This document shows positions 1-6,369 of a stretch of 25,637 nucleotides of DNA, in pieces. The DNA is taken from positions 1 through 25,637 of the IMG/VR virus record IMGVR_UViG_3300048599_000763. One strand, written 5' to 3'. Origin of the DNA: a virus. Taxonomy: Duplodnaviria; Caudoviricetes. The notes under the pieces were generated by a model that worked only from the letters and a program-made list of their open reading frames with translations, did no database searches and was not told the origin of the DNA. Positions within the stretch are counted from its first letter, which is position 1. Each line of letters opens with the position of its first letter. The translations under genes and the position numbers were made by a program.

Positions 1-396
1 TCATGAGCGCCTCGCAATGATCCGCGCCACCTTCTCGATCGACCGGCCGCCGACATAGGCTGTGATGATCGTCCCGGTCCAATCCGCAATCATGCCGGTG
101 ATCGGATCGGTCGTTCCAAATCCGAGCACCTTGTCCCACACAATCACTTTCCAGAAGTAGATGATGATCGGGAACGCAAGCAACGGGCGGATGATGGCGG
201 TGTACCACCGGCCTTGCTCGGCGATTAGAATGGCGGACGCCTGCTTTCTGACTTCGATCTCGGCCCCGATTTCCGCGGCGGCAAGATCGGCCGCTATCCG
301 ATCCTGCGTGTTCGTGGCATCGAGCTTGGCCTTGTAGGCACTGATCAGCCCATTGACGACGGGCCCGCCGATCAGGCTCGTAAGCCAGGTCCACAT
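1..396 (-). CDS. Holin-like membrane protein (3TM/GTA-holin-like)
   Basis: 131 aa with hydrophobic segments. The IRP motif and the C-terminal 'AYVGGRSIEK' motif are typical of the 3TM holin family. It lies in the lysis cassette. Confidence 0.7.
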   Translation of the reverse strand: MWTWLTSLIGGPVVNGLISAYKAKLDATNTQDRIAADLAAAEIGAEIEVRKQASAILIAEQGRWYTAIIRPLLAFPIIIYFWKVIVWDKVLGFGTTDPITGMIADWTGTIITAYVGGRSIEKVARIIARRS

Positions 397-400
397 GGCT

Positions 401-790
401 CTATTGCCTCTCGCCGGCTGCCGTCGCCTCGACGAGTTCGACCACGTGCCGCTTGTCGGCGAGGCTTCGCAGGAACTGGAACAACGCGGTCAGCGAGATC
501 AGGACCAGCGGCCAAGCCCAGGAGGGCATCCGCGAAGCAATCGAACTCACGTCGACTCCGCTGACGATCGGAGCAAGGAAGTCATAACCGGTGACCGCGG
601 CACTGGCGGCGATGACGATGACGGACGAGAGCCTCTGCTTGATGCCCTTGAGCTTCTCGCGCATCGCAGCAACGGCACTCTCTTCCTGCTGGTAGAGTTC
701 ACGAAAGGCCGGCCGCGATTTCAGGACGGGGCGAATCCAGAACCAATTAATCGCGAACAGCGTCGCGAGCACGAACACGAACGTCAACAT
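401..790 (-). CDS. Membrane protein with about 3 TM segments, putative holin/antiholin
   Basis: Start moved to the ATG at 790, which has an RBS (CAGGAGAAAAGCC-ATG). 129 aa beginning MLTFVFVLATLFAINWFWIRP, with three hydrophobic stretches. Directly downstream of the endolysin. Confidence 0.6.
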   Translation of the reverse strand: MLTFVFVLATLFAINWFWIRPVLKSRPAFRELYQQEESAVAAMREKLKGIKQRLSSVIVIAASAAVTGYDFLAPIVSGVDVSSIASRMPSWAWPLVLISLTALFQFLRSLADKRHVVELVEATAAGERQ

Positions 791-806
791 GGCTTTTCTC
801 CTGAAT

Positions 807-1619
807 TTAGGCCGCAACCTGGATGAGGCCGGGCGTCGGCGCTTCTTGCCGCGCTTGATGCCAGCGATTGAGCGCGTAGACCGCGCCGCCGACCGCGCCG
901 GCGCCGATGAGGGCGATCGCGGCTGTCTCGTAGGGGTTGGCGACGACCCACTCCCAGAACCCGAGACCACCCGCAGCGCCACCGGCAGGCACGCCTTTCG
1001 TGATCGCGTCTTTCAGGATCTTGGGCGGAGGCACGATGCCCTTGGCCGGTGCTGCTTCGGCCGACACTGGTCGTGGCGTGGGCGCCTCCATTGCAATCGG
1101 GTGTTCAGCGACATGGAGAGAAAACGCCTTCACTTCGGCAACGCGCCGGCCCCACCCCTGGCCAAACACAGGCCACGTCTTCAGGCTCTTGAGGAATCGT
1201 AGCCGTTCGTCGTTGATCGCAACGATCAGCGCTTTGGCGTCACGCCGTGCGACCGCATTGAGAACGTCGTCGGTCACGACGTTCGCGTTGTCCGGCAGAC
1301 CGACAACACGACGCAGGACCTTGCCGGAACGGCCGATCCCAGAATTCACGCCGTAGTCAAGAACGGTGTAATCGAGGCCCGACGGGAGTTCGTCACACCG
1401 CTGAGCTGCCCAGTACTTCGCGCGGTAGATAGCTTTCGCTTCTTCGATCTTCATTGCCCGCACGTCGGCCGCGGTCGCACCCGGCTTCACGTACTTGCGG
1501 TAATCGTAGATCGTGATTCCGAAGTTCGTCGCGTTTCCGGGATCCAACGGATGGTTGGTGTAGCCGCCCTCGTGGGCGAGCAGGCGCCGCAGTGCCTCGT
1601 CATAGGTCGAAGCAGCCAT
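807..1619 (-). CDS. Endolysin, glycoside hydrolase family 108 with PG-binding domain and C-terminal hydrophobic tail
   Basis: Motifs 'LAHEGGYTNHPLDPGNATNFGIT', 'DYGVNSG' and 'FGQGWGRRV'. RBS GGAGG. A Pro/Ala linker is followed by two hydrophobic Gly/Ala segments. Confidence 0.92.
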   Translation of the reverse strand: MAASTYDEALRRLLAHEGGYTNHPLDPGNATNFGITIYDYRKYVKPGATAADVRAMKIEEAKAIYRAKYWAAQRCDELPSGLDYTVLDYGVNSGIGRSGKVLRRVVGLPDNANVVTDDVLNAVARRDAKALIVAINDERLRFLKSLKTWPVFGQGWGRRVAEVKAFSLHVAEHPIAMEAPTPRPVSAEAAPAKGIVPPPKILKDAITKGVPAGGAAGGLGFWEWVVANPYETAAIALIGAGAVGGAVYALNRWHQARQEAPTPGLIQVAA

Positions 1620-1629
1620 TGGTCCTCCA

Positions 1630-1657
1630 AAAATGAAAAAAGCCGCCCGGAGGCGGC
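1630..1657 (-). terminator. Intrinsic terminator upstream of the endolysin
   Basis: Minus strand reads GCCGCC-TCCG-GGCGGC followed by TTTTTTCATTTT. Confidence 0.8.
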
Positions 1658-1712
1658 GATGGGTCTCAGCGCAGATGAGATCAGACGGCTCTATGCCGTC
1701 ATGGGCCGATCA

Positions 1713-2009
1713 TCATTGGTCTTTGTGGGTCAGGTGCAGATACGCTCCCGCCGCCAGCGCCGTCAGGATCGCCGTCGTGATCAGGCGCGTGACGGTCTGC
1801 AGGATGGTCCGCCGGGCGGCGCGCCAGGCTTCGAGCAAACCGCGCAGTTCCTGGACGTCTCGTCCCGCATCCTCATCCTGCAGGCCGACTTGGGCCAGCG
1901 CCTTGCGGGCGCCGCGTTCGGCGGCACGCTCGATCAGCGCCTCTATTTCAAGTTCGTTCATGGCGGCAATCACACTTTTGATGTCACTTCGATTCCCGGA
2001 CATCGTCAT
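1713..2009 (-). CDS. DUF6127-like small membrane protein (putative holin-associated)
   Basis: 98 aa with the pattern 'ERAAERGARKALAQVGLQDEDAGRDVQELRGLLEAWR' and a C-terminal TM segment. ATGA overlap with the upstream gene at 2006-2009. Confidence 0.75.
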   Translation of the reverse strand: MTMSGNRSDIKSVIAAMNELEIEALIERAAERGARKALAQVGLQDEDAGRDVQELRGLLEAWRAARRTILQTVTRLITTAILTALAAGAYLHLTHKDQ

Positions 2010-2605
2010 GACGGCGTCACATAGGCGACGACCCGGGCCCGCTGGTATCGGCCCTCTCCGACCCGCCGGCCGTGATTGCCGGAGATGATGATGGGGTTGC
2101 CGCGGGCGTCGAAGCCGGAGACGACACCGACATGTCCGCCGCCGCGACGGGACAGCACCGCGATGGCGCCAACCTGTGGTTCCGTTATGCGGCGGCCATA
2201 GGTACGAAACGACATCGCGAGATCGGACCCGGTGCCGCGATGACCGACGCGGGCCAGGACGAAGTTTATGAACCGAGCACACCACAGCCGCGCCATTCCG
2301 GTCGGATTGGTCCCAATCCACCGGCGTGCTTCGGCGACAAGCGCGGGCGATCCAGCCGGTATGGCAGCGGCAGCATTCGACGGCGGCGCAACCGACCCTC
2401 GATGGCCGCGCGTACGGACGGCTTTGGACTTGCGCTGGAGTTCCCATTTCCAGCCACGCACGTCACAGGTGTGTGGGTAGCGGTCGTCACACGTGGGCGT
2501 GCCAAGCGTAAACACCGACCGATACTTGCCCGCCTGGGCAGGTGCAGCGAACGCGCCGAGCAATGCCAGAATCGCAAGGGTCATTGCGATGATGGATCGC
2601 ATCAT
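2006..2605 (-). CDS. Secreted CHAP/NlpC-type peptidoglycan hydrolase (TIGR02594-like)
   Basis: RBS GGAGG before ATG ATG (2605/2602). Sec-type signal peptide ending in AQA. Catalytic Cys in 'WCARFINFVL', His in 'GGHVGVV', plus 'ISGNH'. Confidence 0.82.
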   Translation of the reverse strand: MMRSIIAMTLAILALLGAFAAPAQAGKYRSVFTLGTPTCDDRYPHTCDVRGWKWELQRKSKAVRTRGHRGSVAPPSNAAAAIPAGSPALVAEARRWIGTNPTGMARLWCARFINFVLARVGHRGTGSDLAMSFRTYGRRITEPQVGAIAVLSRRGGGHVGVVSGFDARGNPIIISGNHGRRVGEGRYQRARVVAYVTPS

Positions 2606-2634
2606 TTCCTCCGAATGCTGTTGACGGGTGTGCG

Positions 2635-2662
2635 AAGCAAAACGCCACCCGGAGGCGGCGTT
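2635..2662 (-). terminator. Intrinsic terminator after tail gene D
   Basis: Minus strand reads AACGCCGCC-TCCG-GGTGGCGTT followed by TTGCTT. Confidence 0.65.
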
Positions 2663-2687
2663 GGTGGTCACGGCCAATGCGGATCAA

Positions 2688-3719
2688 TCAGCGGCTGTCC
2701 TTGCCGGCGTCGCCCTGTGGCTGCTTGAGCGACAGCGACGTGATGAACCCGTCGGAACGCGACAGCTCATGGTCGACAGTGTCGATCCGGTAAAGGCCGT
2801 CGATGCCCGGGCGCGCCCCGATGACGAGACAGGTTCCCTCCGGCTGCGCCATGACATTGCCGTCGATGCGGACCGAACCCTCGCCCTTATTGCGTTCGGA
2901 TGCAGTCTTGCCGTTCTCGGCCGTCCGCCTGGCCTCGTCGCGGGTGGGCCTGGTGAAACGCGCGGTCGCCTCCGCCTGGGCCGACTTGTCGTCGACCTCG
3001 ACGTTTTCTTCTTTCCACTTCGCCTCTTTGACGTCGTACCAACGGGCGCGGACCTTGCTGAACCGCGGCCGGCCAACGACCGGCGCGATATCCCAGTTGA
3101 TCAGATTGACGCCCCACTGGGCGGTGACGGTCGAAAGAACTGCGCCGGATACCGACAGGCCGCCATTGCGCTTGGCCAGAATGGCGCGCCGGCCGAACAC
3201 CTTGAATGATCCACCGATTTCTCGGGCGATCCGGTGGCCAAAATGCAAAAAGCTCTCGGCCGACATGCCCCACCAGTCCCGCTCGATGCCGGCGAGTGTC
3301 GGATCGACGAGCATGTCGACGCCGGCCAGCTTGGCGGTGTCCTGCATGACGGCACCGAGGGGCTTCTTGTCCCAGTGCTTTTCTCGGTGCTGCTTGGTCT
3401 TGGCCTTGGTATCGGCGCTCTTGGCCGTGATGTGCAGGGTTCGGCCCTCGCCACGGCCGCCACGGGAATTGACGTCATCGACGGTGCCTTCAAACACCCG
3501 CGCAATGCCGCTCGACCGCCAGCCCAGATCTACGCCCAAATAGGCGCCATCGCGCGGGAAGGCGATCCGGCCGTTGGTGTCGTCGATATCGATGTTGGCG
3601 GTGTCGCTTGCGGTGCCGGCCGCGTCATGGACCCGGAGCCTGATCAGGATCGGATTGAGTAGGTTCGAGATGTCGTTGCCGTCGACGGTGACGCGGTAGA
3701 TCGCAAGATCGGCCGACAT
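2688..3719 (-). CDS. P2 gpD-like baseplate hub (late control D) protein
   Basis: 343 aa with 'YRVTVDGNDIS', 'SDTANIDIDD', 'FEGTVDDV', 'ESFLHFGHRIA' and 'GIDGLYRIDTVDHELS'. Position after U and X. Confidence 0.9.
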   Translation of the reverse strand: MSADLAIYRVTVDGNDISNLLNPILIRLRVHDAAGTASDTANIDIDDTNGRIAFPRDGAYLGVDLGWRSSGIARVFEGTVDDVNSRGGRGEGRTLHITAKSADTKAKTKQHREKHWDKKPLGAVMQDTAKLAGVDMLVDPTLAGIERDWWGMSAESFLHFGHRIAREIGGSFKVFGRRAILAKRNGGLSVSGAVLSTVTAQWGVNLINWDIAPVVGRPRFSKVRARWYDVKEAKWKEENVEVDDKSAQAEATARFTRPTRDEARRTAENGKTASERNKGEGSVRIDGNVMAQPEGTCLVIGARPGIDGLYRIDTVDHELSRSDGFITSLSLKQPQGDAGKDSR

Positions 3720-3944
3720 GTCAGATCCACAAAAGAAATGGGGCGACGTCGGAACCCGAAAGCGACTTTATGGATGCCGGCCACGCACGGGATGATCCGC
3801 GTCCCAGAGATCTAGCGGGGCAACCGAACGCGGTCCTGTCGACTTGCAACAAAAATGCAGCCCGCTTGGCTTCCGACGGCGGAACTTTGTTCAGAATTGA
3901 GTGTTGCTGCTTTTGCAAGAGGTTCGCACAGGTGTGGGTGCAAA

Positions 3945-4127
3945 ATGTTGGCGAGCGAGATTGGTCCGCAAGAACTTGGTTTACCTATCCGTCCCTGTTA
4001 CGCGTGCGGTGGCCCCCGGAGACTGATCAACTTTGGACCGTCCGCTCGTCATTTACCCGTATTTGAATGCGCCCCGTGCGGTTTGATGGAATGGGAAAGC
4101 AGCGAGGAAATGAAACGCGGGCCCTGA
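3945..4127 (+). CDS. Small Zn-ribbon protein (CxxC...CxxC), accessory gene
   Basis: 60 aa from the ATG at 3945, with 'PCYACGG' and 'FECAPCG'. It lies in a lower-GC insert between X and D, antisense to the operon. Confidence 0.55.
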   Translation: MLASEIGPQELGLPIRPCYACGGPRRLINFGPSARHLPVFECAPCGLMEWESSEEMKRGP

Positions 4128-4247
4128 TGGGGCTAAACTCCACAAGTGCCCCGTGACTGGGACTTTGTTGAAACGGCTATTCGCGATCACACGGGCGGCT
4201 CTCCTAACTCTGCGCAACCGCGCTTCCGCTTGTAATCCGCAGCCATC

Positions 4248-4475
4248 TCAGTTCCACAGGCGAACGACGGCTAGTTCGGGGACCGTCGGCGGCTTGACGT
4301 CCGGCAATGTTACGACCGTCCCGATGGGAAGGATCGGGCCGAGCCCGGCAATGCCGGGGTTGATGTCGAGCACCAGCTCGAGCAGCCCTGGCATCGGCCG
4401 CTTGTACTTTCGCCAGATCAGCAGATCGACCGAAATCCCTTCGCCCGCGACCTTGACAACCATCTCCGTGCTCAT
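4248..4475 (-). CDS. P2 gpX-like tail protein (LysM-like), intact copy
   Basis: 75 aa: MSTEMVVKVAGEGISVDLLIWRKY...VLDINPGIAGLGPILPIGTVVTLPD...VRLWN. The NPG and terminal LW motifs are typical of gpX. The true start is the ATG at 4475, not 4757. Confidence 0.9.
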   Translation of the reverse strand: MSTEMVVKVAGEGISVDLLIWRKYKRPMPGLLELVLDINPGIAGLGPILPIGTVVTLPDVKPPTVPELAVVRLWN

Positions 4476-4620
4476 CCGATCAGGCTCAGCAGTGCCGCCA
4501 TGTAGCCCTGGGCGCCCGGCGCATCGGCGCGCTTGCAGGAGATATCGACCTCGATGGCGCGGCCGACACCGTGGGCGTCGAGATAGGTAGACTTCTCCGC
4601 GACCTGCTCGACCACGAACC
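4426..4620. repeat. Direct repeat copy 1 (U 3' end + X 5' end), 195 bp
   Basis: Aligns without gaps to 5901-6095 with 16 mismatches by manual count (about 92%). A further 8-bp match (ccgagcgg) follows a 2-bp indel. Confidence 0.95.
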
Positions 4621-4628
4621 CCGAGCGG
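4472..4628 (-). pseudogene. 3' remnant of a gpU gene
   Basis: Encodes FVVEQVAEKSTYLDAHGVGRAIEVDISCKRADAPGAQGYMAALLSLIG*, which matches the C-terminus of the intact U (5947-6369). The 5' two-thirds of the gene is missing. Confidence 0.88.
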
Positions 4629-4883
4629 AGGTCCACAGTTCGCTGTTGGTCGTCCCGCGCGACTGATCGACATCCGCGACCCCGGTCGCGCCGGGCACGG
4701 GGTTCTCTTTTTGAATAGACCGCATGAAGGAATCGTACTAGTGTTTTTACTTACCACGGCTTAAAAGCCGATAGGTCAGTCTATTCCCGCGTGTAACGGA
4801 GCAACGGGGGCCATTGCACTTCCGCCCCTGGCGCCAGGCGATTGAGCGTGACGGGCATTTCGGCAATTCGTTGGGAGAGCGCC

Positions 4884-5171
4884 ATGAAATCATCCGTTGT
4901 CAAACGATCCATCGTCATCAACGGCCACAAGACCAGCGTCAGCCTCGAAGATGCCTTTTGGAGCGGGCTGAAGGAGATCGCGCAAACCGACGGCTTGACG
5001 CTGTCATCCGAAGCCGCCGTCATCGATCAAGGCCGCGACCACGGCAACCTGTCCTCGGCCATTCGTCTCTTCGTCCTCAATCGAGTTCGCGCCGACTATT
5101 TGAAACGCTGTGAGCCCGTTCGGCCCGAGCCACATCCGGTCCCGGCCTCAGAACGAGTTTTGATCAGGTGA
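4884..5171 (+). CDS. Ribbon-helix-helix protein (alphaproteobacterial RHH_4-like)
   Basis: 95 aa from the ATG at 4884 (RBS GGGAGA). Signature 'KRSIVINGHKTSVSLEDAFWSGLKEIA...NLSSAIRLFVL'. GTGA overlap with the next gene. Confidence 0.9.
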   Translation: MKSSVVKRSIVINGHKTSVSLEDAFWSGLKEIAQTDGLTLSSEAAVIDQGRDHGNLSSAIRLFVLNRVRADYLKRCEPVRPEPHPVPASERVLIR

Positions 5172-5791
5172 CGCAGCATGAGGGCGTCGTGCATGTCATC
5201 GATGACGATGATGCAGTCCGAGAATCGCTGCGCTTTCTTCTGGAGAGCGTAGGGCTCGAAGTCTGTACTTATAATTCCGCCAGCGCGTTCCTGAAAGAGT
5301 TGTCGCACGACGTTCATGGTTGCGTCGTGACCGACATACGAATGCCGGGCGTCAGCGGCATCGAGTTGCTCCGTCACCTGAGCGATTTGGGAAAGGTGCT
5401 TCCTGTGATTATTATCACCGGCCACGCCGACGTTCCGCTGGCCGTCGAAGCAATGAAATGCGGCGCCCTTGATTTCCTCGAAAAGCCGTTCGACGATGAC
5501 GAGCTTCTATCGAGTATTCGCGCAGCGTTGCACCGGCAGGAGGTCGATAATCGCCACGAATTGGTGCGGAGCGAGGTTCATGCGCGATTGGACGCACTTT
5601 CGGGCCGCGAGCGCCAAGTGCTGGAAGGCTTGCTCGCTGGCAGTCAGAACAAGGTGATTGCGTATCACCTCGGAATCAGCCCCCGGACGGTGGAAATCTA
5701 TCGGGCACACGTGATGACCAAGATGCAGGCACCCAGCCTGTCGCGCCTTGTCCGCATGGCGTTGGTCGCGGGCTTGATTGGCGCCCAGTAG
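5168..5791 (+). CDS. fixJ: FixJ-like response regulator (REC + LuxR HTH), orphan
   Basis: Acidic pocket 'VIDDDDAVRESL', phospho-Asp in 'TDIRMPG', 'ITGHADVPLAVEAMKCGALDFLEKPF', and HTH 'RERQVLEGL...ISPRTVEIYRAHVMTKMQA'. It closely follows rhizobial FixJ as I recall it. It may be a paralogue rather than a true orthologue. Confidence 0.88.
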   Translation: MTQHEGVVHVIDDDDAVRESLRFLLESVGLEVCTYNSASAFLKELSHDVHGCVVTDIRMPGVSGIELLRHLSDLGKVLPVIIITGHADVPLAVEAMKCGALDFLEKPFDDDELLSSIRAALHRQEVDNRHELVRSEVHARLDALSGRERQVLEGLLAGSQNKVIAYHLGISPRTVEIYRAHVMTKMQAPSLSRLVRMALVAGLIGAQ

Positions 5792-5800
5792 CCGTTGCAC

Positions 5801-5950
5801 CTATGATGCTGGGCTGCGTTGCAAAAATGCTGATGTTCCCACTCCTCCGCAGGAAGGTTCTCGCCCGGTCACAGCGCCCTCGTCGTTAATACCGCCTCGG
5901 TCGACCGAGATCCCTTCGCCCGCGACCTTGACGACCATCTCAGCACTCAT
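5801..5950 (-). pseudogene. Truncated gpX copy (first 17 codons, then unrelated sequence)
   Basis: ATGA overlap with the U stop codon. It reads MSAEMVVKVAGEGISVD, then diverges (RGGINDEG...) to a TAG at 5801-5803. Confidence 0.85.
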
Positions 5951-6095
5951 CCGATCAGGCTCAGCAGTGCCGCCATGTAGCCCTGGGCGCCTGGCGCATC
6001 GGCGCGCTTGCAGGTGATGTCGACCTCGATGGCGCGACCGACGCCGTGTGCATCGAGATAGGTAGACTTCTCAGTTACCTGCTCGACCACAAACC
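5901..6095. repeat. Direct repeat copy 2 (U 3' end + X 5' end)
   Basis: Matches 4426-4620 at an offset of 1475 bp. Confidence 0.95.
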
Positions 6096-6369
6096 AGCCG
6101 AGCGGCATGCCGTCGCCGCGCATCAGGAAATGCGGCACGCCCGAAGCCCGCATGGTGTCGAGCGTCGAAAGCGACGACAGGCCGCCGAACTTTTCCGGGA
6201 ACAGTCTTGCGTCGATCTTGATCGTCTCCGGCCCGTCGCCGGTGAACTCCAGCGGCGGGCGCCGGCCGACGACCGATTTCTCGACCCAGGAGGCCGAGGT
6301 CGAGCGGTCGGTCGTCTGCGGGTTGAACGGGGTGATCTCAAATGTGACCGGCCCCAGCGCCATCAGCAT
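5947..6369 (-). CDS. P2 gpU-like tail protein
   Basis: 140 aa with 'MLMALGPVTFEI', 'GRRPPLEFTGDGPETI' and 'LMRGDGMPLGWFVVE'. Follows the tape measure gene with a TGATG overlap. Confidence 0.92.
   Translation of the reverse strand: MLMALGPVTFEITPFNPQTTDRSTSASWVEKSVVGRRPPLEFTGDGPETIKIDARLFPEKFGGLSSLSTLDTMRASGVPHFLMRGDGMPLGWFVVEQVTEKSTYLDAHGVGRAIEVDITCKRADAPGAQGYMAALLSLIG

Noticed and set aside
3721-3918. 65-aa - strand ORF ending just before D
   Set aside because: It has no recognisable motif or clear RBS. Only its last codons resemble the X end, which is covered under the junction-repeat finding.
4476-4757. 169-aa N-terminally extended gpX from the ORF track
   Set aside because: The extension is an off-frame read through the U remnant and promoter DNA. 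The duplicated ATGA junction identifies 4475 as the start.
3840-5830. FixK/FNR box near the FixJ cassette
   Set aside because: I found no TTG(A/C)-N6-(T/G)CAA by eye in the spacers. The closest, TTGC-N7-GCAA at 3904-3918, has the wrong spacing.
4426-6095. Diversity-generating retroelement TR/VR pair
   Set aside because: Mismatches are not confined to adenines of either copy on either strand and are mostly synonymous. There is no reverse transcriptase in the window, and the repeat is not in a fibre gene.
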